Assembly: GCA_965224415.1 (NCBI GenBank)
Contig: CBDCZB010000005.1
Span: forward strand, 565,846 to 629,845
From: Dehalococcoidia bacterium
Lineage (GTDB): Bacteria; Chloroflexota; Dehalococcoidia; Lucifugimonadales; JAGWBF01
Direction: 5' to 3'
Length of the DNA stretch: 64,000 nt
Below, piece by piece: positions 9,469-18,834 of the stretch; within the stretch, counting starts at the first letter, position 1; each line of letters opens with the position of its first letter. Below the pieces are notes generated by a model, which saw nothing but the letters and a program-made list of their open reading frames with translations, was not told the origin of the DNA and searched no databases. Position numbers and translations under genes: made by a program.

Positions 9469-9506
9469 GCCGCCCGCGCCGACGGAAAGGGGCGAGCGCG
9501 GGCGGC
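9469..9506 (-). other. intra-operon GC hairpin
   Basis: Perfect 11-bp inverted repeat GCCGCCCGCGC (9469-9479) / GCGCGGGCGGC (9496-9506), 16-nt loop, no U-tract on either strand. Confidence 0.5.
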
Positions 9507-9563
9507 GTCGGTTCCGGCCCCGCCGCGCCGCCGATGCGCCGTGCGCCCGGCGGGGCCTCCGGT

Positions 9564-9890
9564 CTAGCTCTCCTCCCCGAAGAAGGTCATCTGGAAGCCC
9601 TCGCCCAGGAGGATCTCCATACCTCCGGGGATGCCGGAGGCGAAGCGGGCTATGGAGAGCATGGCTCCCCCGCAGGGCTCGACGCTCTTCTTGCGCCACA
9701 TGCGCAGCTGCTTGGGGTCCACGCCGAGGGCCTTGGCGAAGCCGCGCCAGGAGAGGCCGCTGGCCTCCTTCAGGCGTTCGAGGCGCTGGCCGAAGTCCCG
9801 GGGCAGGACGCCGCTCTCCAGGGGCTGGGTCCCGTCCGCTTCGTCGTTGTCGTGCCCGTCGAAACGGGTCGAGTCGTCAGTCTTGTTCAT
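9564..9890 (-). CDS. small HTH protein (paralog of 26176..26421)
   Basis: ORF track 108 aa; ATG 9890 behind GGAGGAGAGAG. PRDFGQRLERLKEASGLSWRGFAKALGVDPKQLRMWRKK aligns by eye with PHDFPERLERFREESGLSWAEIIRRLDIHHETIRRWRQG. Confidence 0.6.
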   Translation of the reverse strand: MNKTDDSTRFDGHDNDEADGTQPLESGVLPRDFGQRLERLKEASGLSWRGFAKALGVDPKQLRMWRKKSVEPCGGAMLSIARFASGIPGGMEILLGEGFQMTFFGEES

Positions 9891-10158
9891 CTCTCTCCTC
9901 CAATCTGAATAGGTCTTGGAACTCTGTTACTTCCAGGGCCTTGAGCATCCGGCGGCGGATGCGACCGGAGGGCGAGCGCCCCTTGTTGACCAGCATCGAC
10001 ACGTAGCCGGGGCTGACCCCGATCTCCCTGGCGAGCCAGTTCTGGGAGCGGTTCAGCAGTGCCAGACGCTTCCAGACGGCCGCCGTATCGAGCCGGACAA
10101 CGATCCGTCCTCTGCGCCTCCGGGGGCCTTCCTGCTTATGGGTATCCTGTTTGGGCAT
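9877..10158 (-). CDS. XRE-family HTH protein (93 aa)
   Basis: Only the last 93 codons of track ORF 9877..11547 look real: ATG 10158, NRSQNWLAREIGVSPGYVSMLVNKGRSPS is a classic XRE helix-turn-helix. Confidence 0.7.
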   Translation of the reverse strand: MPKQDTHKQEGPRRRRGRIVVRLDTAAVWKRLALLNRSQNWLAREIGVSPGYVSMLVNKGRSPSGRIRRRMLKALEVTEFQDLFRLEERDEQD

Positions 10159-10178
10159 GGGTCTTCGTCCCTCGTCGT

Positions 10179-11831
10179 TCATTGAGGCGGCAGGGCCTGG
10201 GGCGACTGCGGGTCGGCGGGGGTGCGCCAGGCGTGTCCCATCGGCCCCAGGGCGTCTACGGCCTGCCTGTGGGACACCAACAGGGGCACGTTGACTCTCG
10301 ATTCGTGGGTCTCCTCCCGCGCCACGCGCAGGAAGTGGGTGTGTGCGATCTCGTCGTCGAAGACGACCAGGACTGCGGGCCTCGTGCCGTGGTCGTCGGT
10401 GGGCCTGTGAGATGAGTAGTAGCGCAGATAGGGGGCGAGCCGGTCGGACATGGTTGAGGGGCGCACGGCGCGGCGCTCCCACTCCAGGAAGAAGGGCCAT
10501 GTCCTGTCCTCCTTGCGCAGTACGCCGAAGGCGTCGGGGTTGACGGCGCGCATACCGCCGTCGTGCCGGAAATGGCGGGAGGCCCTGCGGGGCGGGTCGA
10601 GCTGGACGACCTCCCACCCCAGCAGGGGGGCCTGCTCGGCGAGCGCGGCGAGGAAGCCGTGGACGGCGGCGGTGTGCTCCGTGTTCCTGAGCAGCTGGCG
10701 GGTCCGCCTGCCGGTGACGTTGCGCCACTCGAACGGGCCTTCGGCGTCCTCCAGGGCGACGCTCCACCGCTTCCTCGCCACGGCCACGGACGTCCTGTCC
10801 CTGCGGGCCAGGAGCGCCAGCCCCCGGTCGGTGAGGGCCAGCCGTCCGCCCGCTTCGCGGGGCCGGGCCGCCAGGCCGAAGCCTTCGAGGGGGATGACGC
10901 CGTGGGAGACCCTCTGGGTCGAGACGCCCAGCAGCCCGGCCAGCTCCTTGAGGGCGATCCAGGGCCAGTCGGAGATGAGGTCGAGGGCGCGCTTCTCTAT
11001 GGGCTTGACAAGGACCGGCAGCATGTGGTCGGGGATGTCCCATCCCGGACCCTCGACGGCGAAGTCGGCGGGCGGGTCGGCGCGCTGCGGTTCCGGCTCT
11101 AATGGAAGTTGTCCGCCCGGCCCCACCCGGTCGAGGGCGTAGCGCAGGTCGATCTCGGCGCCGACCTTCGGCGGACTCCATATCCGGTCGCCCGCCCCCG
11201 TCAGGACCGCAAGGCGTTCCACGGCGAACAGAGCCGGAACGTCGGTGGTGGAGAGCAGCCTTCGGGCGTGCCTGAGCCGCACCTCGTCGGCCATGAGTAC
11301 CAGCACCGTTCCGGGCATCGGCCAGTCGCGCAGCCCCCAGAGCCGCCGGGAGAAGCCCGACCTGTCGGCGGTCAGTCCCTGCCGGACGATGCCGACGGTC
11401 CTCCCGTCGGGAAGGGTCATGGCGGCGTCGAGGGGCAGGGAGCGGTACCAGCGGAACCGGATGGGGAATGCGACGCTCGAGACATTGGAGGCGACGCCGT
11501 AGACGGAGGCCACGGCGTCGAGGCGCTCCATCAGGCTGCGCCGCCACTGGGCCGAGACGGGGCGGCTGCGAAGCAGCTCATCGAGGGAGACCTCCTCCTC
11601 TGCGGCGAGTCGCCTCAGCCCCTCGGCGGTGAGGTGGAACCTCCGGGACGGGGGAAGCAGCCCGGTCGCGTGGGGCACGGAGGCGCAGAACCCGCCGGAC
11701 TCCAACCTCTCTATGGCCTCGTAGACCGCGCCCCTGGACCAGCCGCAGACGGCGACCATCTCCAGCCGGTCGAGGAAGGGCATCCGCGACAGGGCGCGGA
11801 GCAGGTCGGCCTCGCATCCTTCGGGTCTCAT
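10179..11831 (-). CDS. replication-relaxation (Replic_Relax) family protein with N-terminal winged-helix region
   Basis: ORF track 550 aa; C-terminal HTAAVHGFLAAL...VNPDAFGVLRKEDRTWPFFLEWERRAV...RLAPYLRYY matches the family pattern (H..v..f, PDA....., f.lE.Dr, Y..YY); start overlaps upstream stop as ATGA. Confidence 0.6.
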   Translation of the reverse strand: MRPEGCEADLLRALSRMPFLDRLEMVAVCGWSRGAVYEAIERLESGGFCASVPHATGLLPPSRRFHLTAEGLRRLAAEEEVSLDELLRSRPVSAQWRRSLMERLDAVASVYGVASNVSSVAFPIRFRWYRSLPLDAAMTLPDGRTVGIVRQGLTADRSGFSRRLWGLRDWPMPGTVLVLMADEVRLRHARRLLSTTDVPALFAVERLAVLTGAGDRIWSPPKVGAEIDLRYALDRVGPGGQLPLEPEPQRADPPADFAVEGPGWDIPDHMLPVLVKPIEKRALDLISDWPWIALKELAGLLGVSTQRVSHGVIPLEGFGLAARPREAGGRLALTDRGLALLARRDRTSVAVARKRWSVALEDAEGPFEWRNVTGRRTRQLLRNTEHTAAVHGFLAALAEQAPLLGWEVVQLDPPRRASRHFRHDGGMRAVNPDAFGVLRKEDRTWPFFLEWERRAVRPSTMSDRLAPYLRYYSSHRPTDDHGTRPAVLVVFDDEIAHTHFLRVAREETHESRVNVPLLVSHRQAVDALGPMGHAWRTPADPQSPQALPPQ

Positions 11832-14425
11832 TCCTCAGCCTCCTCTCCCTCGTTCCCGGCGCTGCGGTCCTCATGCGCCCCGGCGTCGGCAGCCGGCCTA
11901 CGCCTGCTCCTCCGACTCCTGCGCTCCGGCTCCGCTTCCGGCTTCTGCTGCTGTTCACCGTCGCTTTTCGGGTCTTCGACGGCCCTGCGGAACTCCTCCA
12001 CCTTCAGGTCGCCCTCCGCGTCGCCGTAGGCGATCTGCCGGGCGGAGACGGTGTAGGCGGTTGCTGCCTCGCGGATGCGTGCGGCGACGTCGGGGTATCC
12101 CTCCTCGGGCTTTCTGACCATCATGGAGAAGGCGGGCATCCGCTCCTTGCCCACGGTGGCGCGGACGTAGCAGTGGTGGACGGGCAGGGAAACGATGTCG
12201 TCCTCACTCACCCGGTCCTTGCCCAGCTCCCACACCAGCGTCCTGGCGTCGTTCCCCGCCACCTGGAAGACGGCGAGGCATCCCACGTTGGCGAGGATGG
12301 TGTCCCGCATGGTGCGGGAGAGGTCGTCGAGCTTGGCGAGGCTCTGGGTGGCGAGCACGAAGCTGGCCCCGAACTTCCCCAACTCGGAGAGCATCGACTC
12401 GTAGTCCACGCCGGGCATCGACTGCATCTCGTCCACCACCACGAGAGCGCCGCGTCTTCTACTCAGGGGCAGACTCCCCTGCTCCCGTATCACGGCGTCC
12501 ACGAGGTTCAGGAGGGACGCGCCCACCAGGGCGGCCACGTCCCTGCCGACGGTGCCCTGCGATGTCGATACAAGCAGGACGCCGCCGTCGAGGATGGTCT
12601 CCCGCATGTCGATGGTGGAGCGGCGCTGGCCGAGAATGGCTCTTGCCCGCTTGGAGGATGCGTAGTAGGAGAGGCGGGTCTGCACGGGGGCGAGGGCCTC
12701 GGCCTTGTACTGGCGGTGCCAGCTTCCGAAGTCCCTGGCCCACCACTCAAGGAGATATGGGTCGGATATCTTCGACAAAACGGAGGTGCGGAACGGGGCG
12801 TTGGACAGCAGGCGCAGCCCGTCGAGGATGGTGTACTGCCGCTCCGCCTCCACCTGCTCGTTGGCCTCGTGCAGGGTCTTGACGGTCTGTTCGAGGATGG
12901 ACTGCATCCTCGGCCCCCACTGCTCCCACAGGCCCTTGGCGACGCGCACCACCGAGTCGGCGGTGCGGTCACGGTCGGCGAAGATGCGGGTGTCCAGCAG
13001 GTTGATGCCGGGGGCGCGGGTCTCGTCGGACAGGTCTATGAGGCGGACGCGGTCCACGAGGGACTCGGGGACGTGCTCCATCAGCCCGGCCACCAGGTCG
13101 GTGTGGGGGTCCACCACCACGATGGCGTCGTTGTCCCTGCCCTCGGCCTTCTCCCTCATCTTGTGGGCGACGAGGTGGTGCATCAGCGTGGACTTGCCCA
13201 TGCGGGTGCGGGCGACGTAGAGGTGGTGACGGCGGAGCAGGTCGTCGGGGAAGCGGATGGGCCGGGGCTTGCCCGCCGTGGTGTCTCCCACCAGCGCCCC
13301 TCCCCTGACGCCCTTCGCAGAGGGCAGGAGCGCCCTCGCGCCGGAGCGCTCCACCAGGGGCGTCTCGTCGCCCGCTCCGGGCGGGTGCCACAGGGCGGCG
13401 ATCTCGCGGACTCCCAGGACGCTGCGCCCGCCGAACAGGCCGGGGCCTGCGGGGTTCATCATGTCGGGGTTGGGAACGGCGGGCTTCACCTTCCCCACCT
13501 TGAACCGCGCTCCTGCGGGGTTGTCGAAGTGGCGGTAGGCGGCGGCCACCGGCCCAAGGAGCTCGGCGGCCCGCTGGGGCCGGGTCGTCTCCGGCAGGAT
13601 CGCCGTGACCTGTAGCTCGGCGTCGAAAGCGATGCGGGAGACCTTCTCCTGTATCAGGATGGGGTCCTCCACCCGCTTGCGGGACTTCTTCCACCGCCAC
13701 CACGCCCAGCCGCCGACCGCTAGGCCCAGTGCGGTTCCGGTTCCCAGGAGCGCGGCCTTCCATATCTCGCCGTCCTGCACCCACAGGTAGCCCTTGAGGG
13801 CGGCCAGCGCCCCGATGCCCAGCACGGCCATCGTGATGCCGTCCATCTGCAGGGGCTTGGTCTGGTAGGTGTAGGCGGGCTCTCGCGGCTCCATGCCGGG
13901 CCGCTTGTGGGCCTTTTCGAGATGGGGCTGCGACCAGTCGGGTCCCAGGGAGCGCAGAAGCAGCCGCGCCACCACGCGCTCGTCGTCCTCCAGGGCCGAC
14001 AAAGCGCCCATCAGGGCGATGAGGGGGTCTGAGCCGGGGTCGAGCAGGTCGTCGTCCCTGAATGTTCTGAGGGGGACGTACTCCGGGCCGTCGGCCCGCA
14101 GGGTCATGCTCCACGCCTGCTCCCCCTCGCCCAGGTGCAGGGGGTCGTCGCCGGGGTCAACCTTCCGGATGCGGGCCTGAGGGTAGTGGGCGGAGAGCTG
14201 GCCTCTCACCACCTCGTCGTCGAGGCAGCGGGCCATCAGCGTTACGCCGTCCATGTCGGCGGCCAGCTCCAGGGAGAAGGGCTCCGGCACCGCGAGGGAG
14301 CCGAGCATGTTCTCCACTCCCAGCAGGGTGCGCTCCCCGGCGCGGGGCGGCGTCACCGCCAGCAGGACGGGGCCTTTCTTTTCGCTATCGTCTCCAAATA
14401 GCAGGTTCTTCGGGTTCAGCTTCAT
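11828..14425 (-). CDS. type IV coupling protein-like ATPase (VirD4/TraG/TraD class)
   Basis: Track frame 11828..14914; ATG 14425 behind GAAAGGAAGG preferred. Two TM segments (ITMAVLGIGALAAL, LLGTGTALGLAVGGWAWW), Walker A ARTRMGKST, Walker B-like ALVVVDEMQS. Confidence 0.75.
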   Translation of the reverse strand: MKLNPKNLLFGDDSEKKGPVLLAVTPPRAGERTLLGVENMLGSLAVPEPFSLELAADMDGVTLMARCLDDEVVRGQLSAHYPQARIRKVDPGDDPLHLGEGEQAWSMTLRADGPEYVPLRTFRDDDLLDPGSDPLIALMGALSALEDDERVVARLLLRSLGPDWSQPHLEKAHKRPGMEPREPAYTYQTKPLQMDGITMAVLGIGALAALKGYLWVQDGEIWKAALLGTGTALGLAVGGWAWWRWKKSRKRVEDPILIQEKVSRIAFDAELQVTAILPETTRPQRAAELLGPVAAAYRHFDNPAGARFKVGKVKPAVPNPDMMNPAGPGLFGGRSVLGVREIAALWHPPGAGDETPLVERSGARALLPSAKGVRGGALVGDTTAGKPRPIRFPDDLLRRHHLYVARTRMGKSTLMHHLVAHKMREKAEGRDNDAIVVVDPHTDLVAGLMEHVPESLVDRVRLIDLSDETRAPGINLLDTRIFADRDRTADSVVRVAKGLWEQWGPRMQSILEQTVKTLHEANEQVEAERQYTILDGLRLLSNAPFRTSVLSKISDPYLLEWWARDFGSWHRQYKAEALAPVQTRLSYYASSKRARAILGQRRSTIDMRETILDGGVLLVSTSQGTVGRDVAALVGASLLNLVDAVIREQGSLPLSRRRGALVVVDEMQSMPGVDYESMLSELGKFGASFVLATQSLAKLDDLSRTMRDTILANVGCLAVFQVAGNDARTLVWELGKDRVSEDDIVSLPVHHCYVRATVGKERMPAFSMMVRKPEEGYPDVAARIREAATAYTVSARQIAYGDAEGDLKVEEFRRAVEDPKSDGEQQQKPEAEPERRSRRSRRRPAADAGAHEDRSAGNEGEEAEE

Positions 14426-14475
14426 AGGGGATGCCTTCCTTTCTCTACGGGTCTCTTTTTGCGTTCTCGCCTGTC

Positions 14476-16758
14476 CTATCTGTGCTGGCCCGGTCGCCAC
14501 TCGATGACCTCCGTCTCCTCCGGGGTGGCCTCGATGCGGACGGGGAAGCGGTGTCCCTTCGCCAGCAGCAACCCGTCTCCACGCGGGCACGACAGGAGCC
14601 ATCGCTGGAGGTCCTGGGGAAGGTCGAAGGCGTCGCCCACCGTGCCGATGGCGGCGGCGTCCTGCTGCAAGAGCAGCTTGAAGGCGGCGTTCTGAAGCAG
14701 GGCTCGTCCTGAGTGGCCGGTGATGGTTCGTGAAGAGTCCTCGGAGAGGAGGTCCTGGACGTCCTGGGTGATGAACTGCAACCCCAGCCGGTGCTTCCTG
14801 GCCCGCTTCGCCATGCTCACCATGAAGGCCGCGCCCTCGGGGTGCTGCATGATCGACCACACCTCGTCCACCACCAGCAGGCGGGGCTTGGGGTCCTGGG
14901 CGGCGGCGGCCCACACCGTCTCGGTGCAGACCATCGCGGCGGCGGGCCGAAGCTCCGGCTCCAGGAGCCGCAGGTCGAAGACGGTGATCAGGGCCTCGTT
15001 GGAGAGCAGGTCGTCGCCCTCGTCGGAGAGGAGGTTGCGCAGGCTGCCCGTTGCGAAGGGCCGCAGCAGCCTCGCCATGTCTTCCCCTCCCGCCTCATCT
15101 CCTTGCAGGTACTCGTAGAAGTCGCGGAAGCCGGTGCGCTCCCGGGGCTGGGCGTAGTAGCCCGCCAGGGCGTGGTCCAGGGAGGCCCTTCGCTCCGCGC
15201 CGAGACTCTCGCCCACCATCACCTCTATGAGCCGTCTCAGGCTGCCGATGCGCTGCAACAGCTCCTCGGAGTCGCCCTTGTCGATGACGAAGGGGTTCAT
15301 GCCCTGGCCGGGGACGCCCGGCGACAGCACCCGTCCGCCCGCCGCCCTCGCCATGTCCGCGTACTCGCCTTCGGGGTCGATGACGTAGGCGGTGACGCCC
15401 CGGCAGAGGCCCCGGAGCATCCCCAGCTTGGTGGCGAAGGACTTGCCTGAGCCGGAGCGGGCCAGCACCGCCGTGTTCGCGTTCAGGTGCGTCCCGTCCC
15501 AGGGGTCGTAGACCACCGGGGCGCAGGCCCGCATGTCGATGCCGTAGAGGGTGCCGCTCCTTGTGTCCAGGTCCGGGGGCGAGAAGGGGAAGAGCCTGGC
15601 GATGCTGGACGTGTCCAGGGTGCGCCACTCGGCGACGGCGTTCAGGGCCAGCGGCAGCGTGGACAACAGGCCCTCGCGCTGCCGGAAGGCCAGGGCGTCG
15701 AGCTTGCCCAGGGTGGCGGCGAAGTGGGCCTTCGCCCGCTGGGTCATCTCCTTGAGCGACGTTTCGTCCTTCGCGTGCAGCGTCACCGACAGGGACGCGT
15801 GAAACAGTCTCTCCCTGCCCCGCTGCACCTCGTCCCTGAGCCGTGTGATGTCCTCCAGGGCGATCTCCGCCTCGGGGGACATGGTGCGGCCCCGCTTGAA
15901 TGAAAGGGACTGGGCCGACTCGAACCTGACCTTCTGCCACTCCAGCGTCCTTGCCGCCTGCTCGGTGGGTATCGGCCCCAGGTGGACGGACAGGTCCATC
16001 GGCGCTCCCGCCGCCATGAGGCTCTGAAGGAAGCCGGGGGCCAGCGACCGGGGCCACTTGCCCAGGTGGAGCGACCGCACGAGGGTCTCGCCTATGCGCA
16101 TATCGCGGCGGCCTATCTCCACCTCGACGGGGGCCTCCTCGTCGAACTCGGTTGGCGATCCGCCCAGGGCTGCGGACACCAGGAACATCCGAAGCTGGCG
16201 GTCCCTGAGCGTGTGGACGGACAGTCCGGCCCGCGCCAGCAGGCCGCGCAGCTCGTCGAACCGGGCGAAATCGGTGATGGCGTAGAAGCGCCGGTCGAGG
16301 ATGCCGTCGCGGGCCTCAAGGTCGGTGAGCAGACGCCCGAGGGACTCGGCCGCCGCTCTGGTCTGCGGGGGAAGGTCCTCCGGCTGGGACTCCTTCAGCT
16401 TCTCCCGCATCCCGCCCAAACGCGGCGGGTGCTGCCTGATGAGCAGCTGCGCCGGGAAGTCGAGGGCGTTGAGCGCCCCGGCGAAGGCCCCCAGCTTCGG
16501 CTCGTCGATCTCCAGGCCCATCACCTCGCAGACGCCGAGCTTCACCCCGTCCAGGCGCACGGGACCGTCGTCGTCCAGGTGGGAGAGCATGAAGAACAGG
16601 GGCAGCTCGGGTGGGAGCTTGGAGGCCGGGGTCTCCGTCGTTGCGTTGGATTCCGGCTCCGTCGGGAGTCCGCCCTCCGGTATTGCCTGCGGAGCGACGG
16701 CCCCGTCCGGGGTACTCCCCGCTCCGCGCCTCGTGATTCGTTCAATCAGCTTCTTCAA
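14476..16758 (-). CDS. VirB4/TrsE-like conjugation ATPase
   Basis: ORF track 760 aa; Walker A LARSGSGKSF, Walker B RLLVVDEVWS; size and position next to the coupling ATPase. Confidence 0.8.
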   Translation of the reverse strand: MKKLIERITRRGAGSTPDGAVAPQAIPEGGLPTEPESNATTETPASKLPPELPLFFMLSHLDDDGPVRLDGVKLGVCEVMGLEIDEPKLGAFAGALNALDFPAQLLIRQHPPRLGGMREKLKESQPEDLPPQTRAAAESLGRLLTDLEARDGILDRRFYAITDFARFDELRGLLARAGLSVHTLRDRQLRMFLVSAALGGSPTEFDEEAPVEVEIGRRDMRIGETLVRSLHLGKWPRSLAPGFLQSLMAAGAPMDLSVHLGPIPTEQAARTLEWQKVRFESAQSLSFKRGRTMSPEAEIALEDITRLRDEVQRGRERLFHASLSVTLHAKDETSLKEMTQRAKAHFAATLGKLDALAFRQREGLLSTLPLALNAVAEWRTLDTSSIARLFPFSPPDLDTRSGTLYGIDMRACAPVVYDPWDGTHLNANTAVLARSGSGKSFATKLGMLRGLCRGVTAYVIDPEGEYADMARAAGGRVLSPGVPGQGMNPFVIDKGDSEELLQRIGSLRRLIEVMVGESLGAERRASLDHALAGYYAQPRERTGFRDFYEYLQGDEAGGEDMARLLRPFATGSLRNLLSDEGDDLLSNEALITVFDLRLLEPELRPAAAMVCTETVWAAAAQDPKPRLLVVDEVWSIMQHPEGAAFMVSMAKRARKHRLGLQFITQDVQDLLSEDSSRTITGHSGRALLQNAAFKLLLQQDAAAIGTVGDAFDLPQDLQRWLLSCPRGDGLLLAKGHRFPVRIEATPEETEVIEWRPGQHR

Positions 16759-16777
16759 GTCGATAGCTTCCTTTTCT

Positions 16778-17110
16778 CTAGGGTGTTGGGAGGGATGGGA
16801 TGATGCCGTGCTTCAGCAGGGCGGCGACGCCCTTGGCCGAGAGCACCAGCGCCAGGCCGACGACCGCCATGACGACGGCGGCCTTGGCCCGTCCGCCGCC
16901 GCGCTCCTCGCCTCCCTCGGCCATCAGGACGAACCCGGCCCAGACGATGGCGAAGAGGCAGAGGCCGGAGCCGGCGTAGGCCATCGCCGTGAGCACGCGG
17001 TCGAAGGCGTGAAGCATCGCTTCCTCTTCCGGCGCGGCCCCCATGAAAACGAGGGCCGCGCCGGTCAGCGGCAGCAGGGCCGTCGCCCGCCTCACCAGGG
17101 CCACTCCCAT
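16778..17110 (-). CDS. small hydrophobic membrane protein (possible VirB2/TrbC-like)
   Basis: ORF track 110 aa, ATG 17110; hydrophobic segments ALLPLTGAALVFMG, GLCLFAIVWAGFVLM, AAVVMAVVGLALVL; overlaps upstream stop by 19 nt. Confidence 0.45.
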   Translation of the reverse strand: MGVALVRRATALLPLTGAALVFMGAAPEEEAMLHAFDRVLTAMAYAGSGLCLFAIVWAGFVLMAEGGEERGGGRAKAAVVMAVVGLALVLSAKGVAALLKHGIIPSLPTP

Positions 17111-18807
17111 CCCAGCAGGTCGAACCAGCCGCGCAACCCGTCCGCGGGCTCCTGCTCGGCGGGCGGGTCCTCCGGCTCCGGCTCCGGCAGGACCAGGACG
17201 GCGAAGGGGTCGTCGGAGCCGACTGCGGCCGCAAGGCTCAGGGACTCCTCGCGGGTTCGAGTGACCGGCTCCCGCTCCACCGTCTCGGCCTTGACGTGCT
17301 CCTTGTGCAGCACGTCCACCGTCACCTCCTTCGTGATGGTGGCGCTGGGGACGTAGGCGTACGCCGTCGCGGTGGCGGATGACGTCGAGCCGTCCTCGCA
17401 GGTGGCCGTCGCCGTCTCACTGTCGGAGTCACTGTCCCCCGGGCGATGGAGGTGCACGGTCCTGGTGACCTGCTCCGTCCGCTCCGGGTGGTGGGTGAGC
17501 ACGGTCAGCGGGGGGATGGGGATGCGGAGGCTCGCCTCAAGGCTCACGTCCACGCTCACGGCGTGGATGGCCTGACCATCCCCAATGGGCAGGGTGAACC
17601 GCGTCTCTCCATTGGGGACGAACGGGACGCTCGCCTGCGACGCTCCCGTCGCAGCGGAGAGAGTCCCGACGATTGCCGTCACCCCGGCGTCCATCAATGC
17701 CGTCTGGATCACGTCGTCGTGTCCGGCAACCGTCTGAAGCTCGACCGGGTGCTCGATGCGCGTCACGCACTCGGACTCGACGACTCCACTGACCGCTCCG
17801 GGCGTCCAGCCCAGGGAGGTCACGCGAAGGTCGCAAAGGTCTCCCTCCACGACCGGAAGGGGGAAGGGAAGCTGTGCTTCCTCGAAGGTGACGGCCCCGG
17901 CCTGTCCCAGCGTGTCCTCCCATGACACGGTGAAGGACGGCACGGGTCCGTGGAGGGGGAGCGAGTAGTCGATGCGCTCCCCCTCTGCCAGCGTCGCCGA
18001 ACCCCAGAAGCGCAGCCAGGCGCCCTGCGGCCCGCCGAAGGCCCGCACCCGGATGTCCAGGGCGGTGGCGGCACCCAATGTGACGGCGGCGCGGTCGCCG
18101 GAGACGGTGAGCCCCTCGACGAATATCCGCCGCCCCTCCACTGGCTCGGTCAGATCGAAGTCGATCTCCTCCCGCCAGGGCTCGTGGTCGTCCGCCAGGG
18201 CCGACTGCGGGACGGCCACGACGGCCGCCATCAGGACGGCCAGGGCCACCACCGGAATCCAGCCCACGCGGGGCTTCCGATTCCTCGTCTCCAGGGTCTC
18301 GGCCCGGTGGTCCTGGCCGTGGCGGTTCCTCCCGTCCTTCCCCCTGCGCTTGCCGAACCAGCGCATCCGCCCGTTGCGGCGTTCCTTGTTCTTGCGGGTC
18401 TTCCTGTTCTTGCGCAGCCTTCCCAGCCCGCGCCCGGCGCGTTTCGCCATCAGACTCAGTGGGCCGGGGCCGCTCTTCACCGGGTGCGGGGCAGCCGGGG
18501 TCTCGGCGCGCACCAGCTGGGCGACCGGCCCGGCGTAGACCCGCGCCCCCAGCCGGTACTTCAGCAGGTCGGCGGCCACCAGGGGCAGCCGCCGACCGCC
18601 TATCTTCCCCACCACCATCGCCACCCCGACCAGTCCGAGGACGACGGCAATCGCCATGCGCACCTCGGACGGGCCGACGGGGGCGTAGCGGTATGCGCCG
18701 TAGGAGATGGCGCACACCGCCGTCACCGCCACGATCTGCGGGAAGGTGAACCCCAGCAGGACCTTGTCCTCCGCCTGCACGTGAGTCGGTACCTCGTGTT
18801 CTCTCAT
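17092..18807 (-). CDS. PrgI/VirB3-like membrane protein fused to a long extracytoplasmic region
   Basis: ORF track 571 aa; N-terminus VPTHVQAEDKVLLGFTFPQIVAVTAVCAISYGAY fits the PrgI-family pattern (VP....edK..fGlt..Q); basic linker, then a TM segment and ~370 aa without motif. Confidence 0.55.
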   Translation of the reverse strand: MREHEVPTHVQAEDKVLLGFTFPQIVAVTAVCAISYGAYRYAPVGPSEVRMAIAVVLGLVGVAMVVGKIGGRRLPLVAADLLKYRLGARVYAGPVAQLVRAETPAAPHPVKSGPGPLSLMAKRAGRGLGRLRKNRKTRKNKERRNGRMRWFGKRRGKDGRNRHGQDHRAETLETRNRKPRVGWIPVVALAVLMAAVVAVPQSALADDHEPWREEIDFDLTEPVEGRRIFVEGLTVSGDRAAVTLGAATALDIRVRAFGGPQGAWLRFWGSATLAEGERIDYSLPLHGPVPSFTVSWEDTLGQAGAVTFEEAQLPFPLPVVEGDLCDLRVTSLGWTPGAVSGVVESECVTRIEHPVELQTVAGHDDVIQTALMDAGVTAIVGTLSAATGASQASVPFVPNGETRFTLPIGDGQAIHAVSVDVSLEASLRIPIPPLTVLTHHPERTEQVTRTVHLHRPGDSDSDSETATATCEDGSTSSATATAYAYVPSATITKEVTVDVLHKEHVKAETVEREPVTRTREESLSLAAAVGSDDPFAVLVLPEPEPEDPPAEQEPADGLRGWFDLLGWEWPW

Positions 18808-18834
18808 GTCTTCCTCTCCTTCCTCGCGTCGGGC

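Noticed and set aside
9877-11547. 556-aa minus-strand ORF
   Set aside because: Only its last 93 codons (XRE HTH, ATG 10158) look real. The rest is an Arg/Pro/Gly-rich alternative frame over the Replic_Relax gene 10179..11831, which has recognisable family motifs.
14426-14914. 163-codon N-terminal extension of the coupling ATPase ORF. The same applies to extensions 7546..7653 (recombinase) and 23153..23356 (4xHTH protein)
   Set aside because: The extensions are Arg/Gly/Pro-rich, overlap upstream genes or the terminator-like hairpin, and internal ATGs with good Shine-Dalgarno sequences give N-termini typical of the families.
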